Shown here one piece after another: positions 49,137 to 49,476 of a stretch of 49,476 bases of DNA. This stretch comes from a bacterium. GTDB lineage: Bacteria; Chloroflexota; Limnocylindria; Limnocylindrales; Limnocylindraceae. Made by a program: the position numbers and the translations under genes. A model generated the notes under the pieces. The model was not told the DNA's origin and ran no database searches. It worked only from the letters and a program-made list of their open reading frames with translations. The DNA lies in contig JBAXWE010000003.1 in assembly GCA_037128565.1 (NCBI GenBank), forward strand, positions 1 to 49,476. The letters run 5' to 3'. The first letter of the stretch is position 1. The number at the start of each line of letters is the position of its first letter.

Positions 49137-49476
49137 CGCCCGAACCGCCGGATTCGCTGGGCATAGGTTGCGATTGCCGCATCAAGATCCGCCGCACCAA
49201 AATCCGGCCAGAGTGTTGCCGTAGTCACAATTTCTGCGTAGGCGCTCTGCCATAGCAGGAAGTTCGAGAGGCGCTCCTCCCCGCCCGTGCGGATGACGAG
49301 GTCCGGGTCTGGTGTCCCAGAGGTATAGAGCGCACGTGCAATTGTCTGTTCGTCAACGGACTCAGGGGCGATGCCAACGGCGATAATTGAACGCACAGCG
49401 TCAACAATCTCGGTCCGACTTCCGTAGTTAAACGCAACACTTAGCTGCAGTTTTGTGCCCCCCGCCGTCTTTGCAC
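49133..49476 (-). CDS. uppS: Undecaprenyl diphosphate synthase (3' part; start lies outside window)
   Basis: [45 protein letters not shown]. Confidence 0.95.
   Translation of the reverse strand, partial: AKTAGGTKLQLSVAFNYGSRTEIVDAVRSIIAVGIAPESVDEQTIARALYTSGTPDPDLVIRTGGEERLSNFLLWQSAYAEIVTTATLWPDFGAADLDAAIATYAQRIRRFGR

Overview
GC-rich, very compact core-genome window with almost no intergenic DNA. It holds about 44 CDS and one tRNA-Val(GAC). Gene content and order (rny, RNase J, short IF2, cvpA-mutS2, pnp-asd-rnj-ftsK) point to a Terrabacteria genome, most plausibly a streamlined Chloroflexota such as Limnocylindria; this lineage call is inference only. Genes run almost entirely on + up to about 25.9 kb and entirely on - afterwards, and a 28-bp dif-like site lies near the switch (24204-24231), so the window probably spans the replication terminus. 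No mobile elements or CRISPR arrays were seen. The main oddities are: (1) a PNPase carrying an intact ~160-aa DEDDh (DnaQ-like) 3'-5' exonuclease inserted in its helical domain; (2) a mycobacterial NamH-like UDP-MurNAc hydroxylase next to dif and convergent with murC; (3) a near-identical hairpin and SD layout in the 5' leaders of rny and pnp; (4) a Tgt with queuine-salvage-type pocket residues, no adjacent queA and a probable CTG start; (5) a RibF with a degenerate kinase half; (6) several leaderless promoters, including a bidirectional one.
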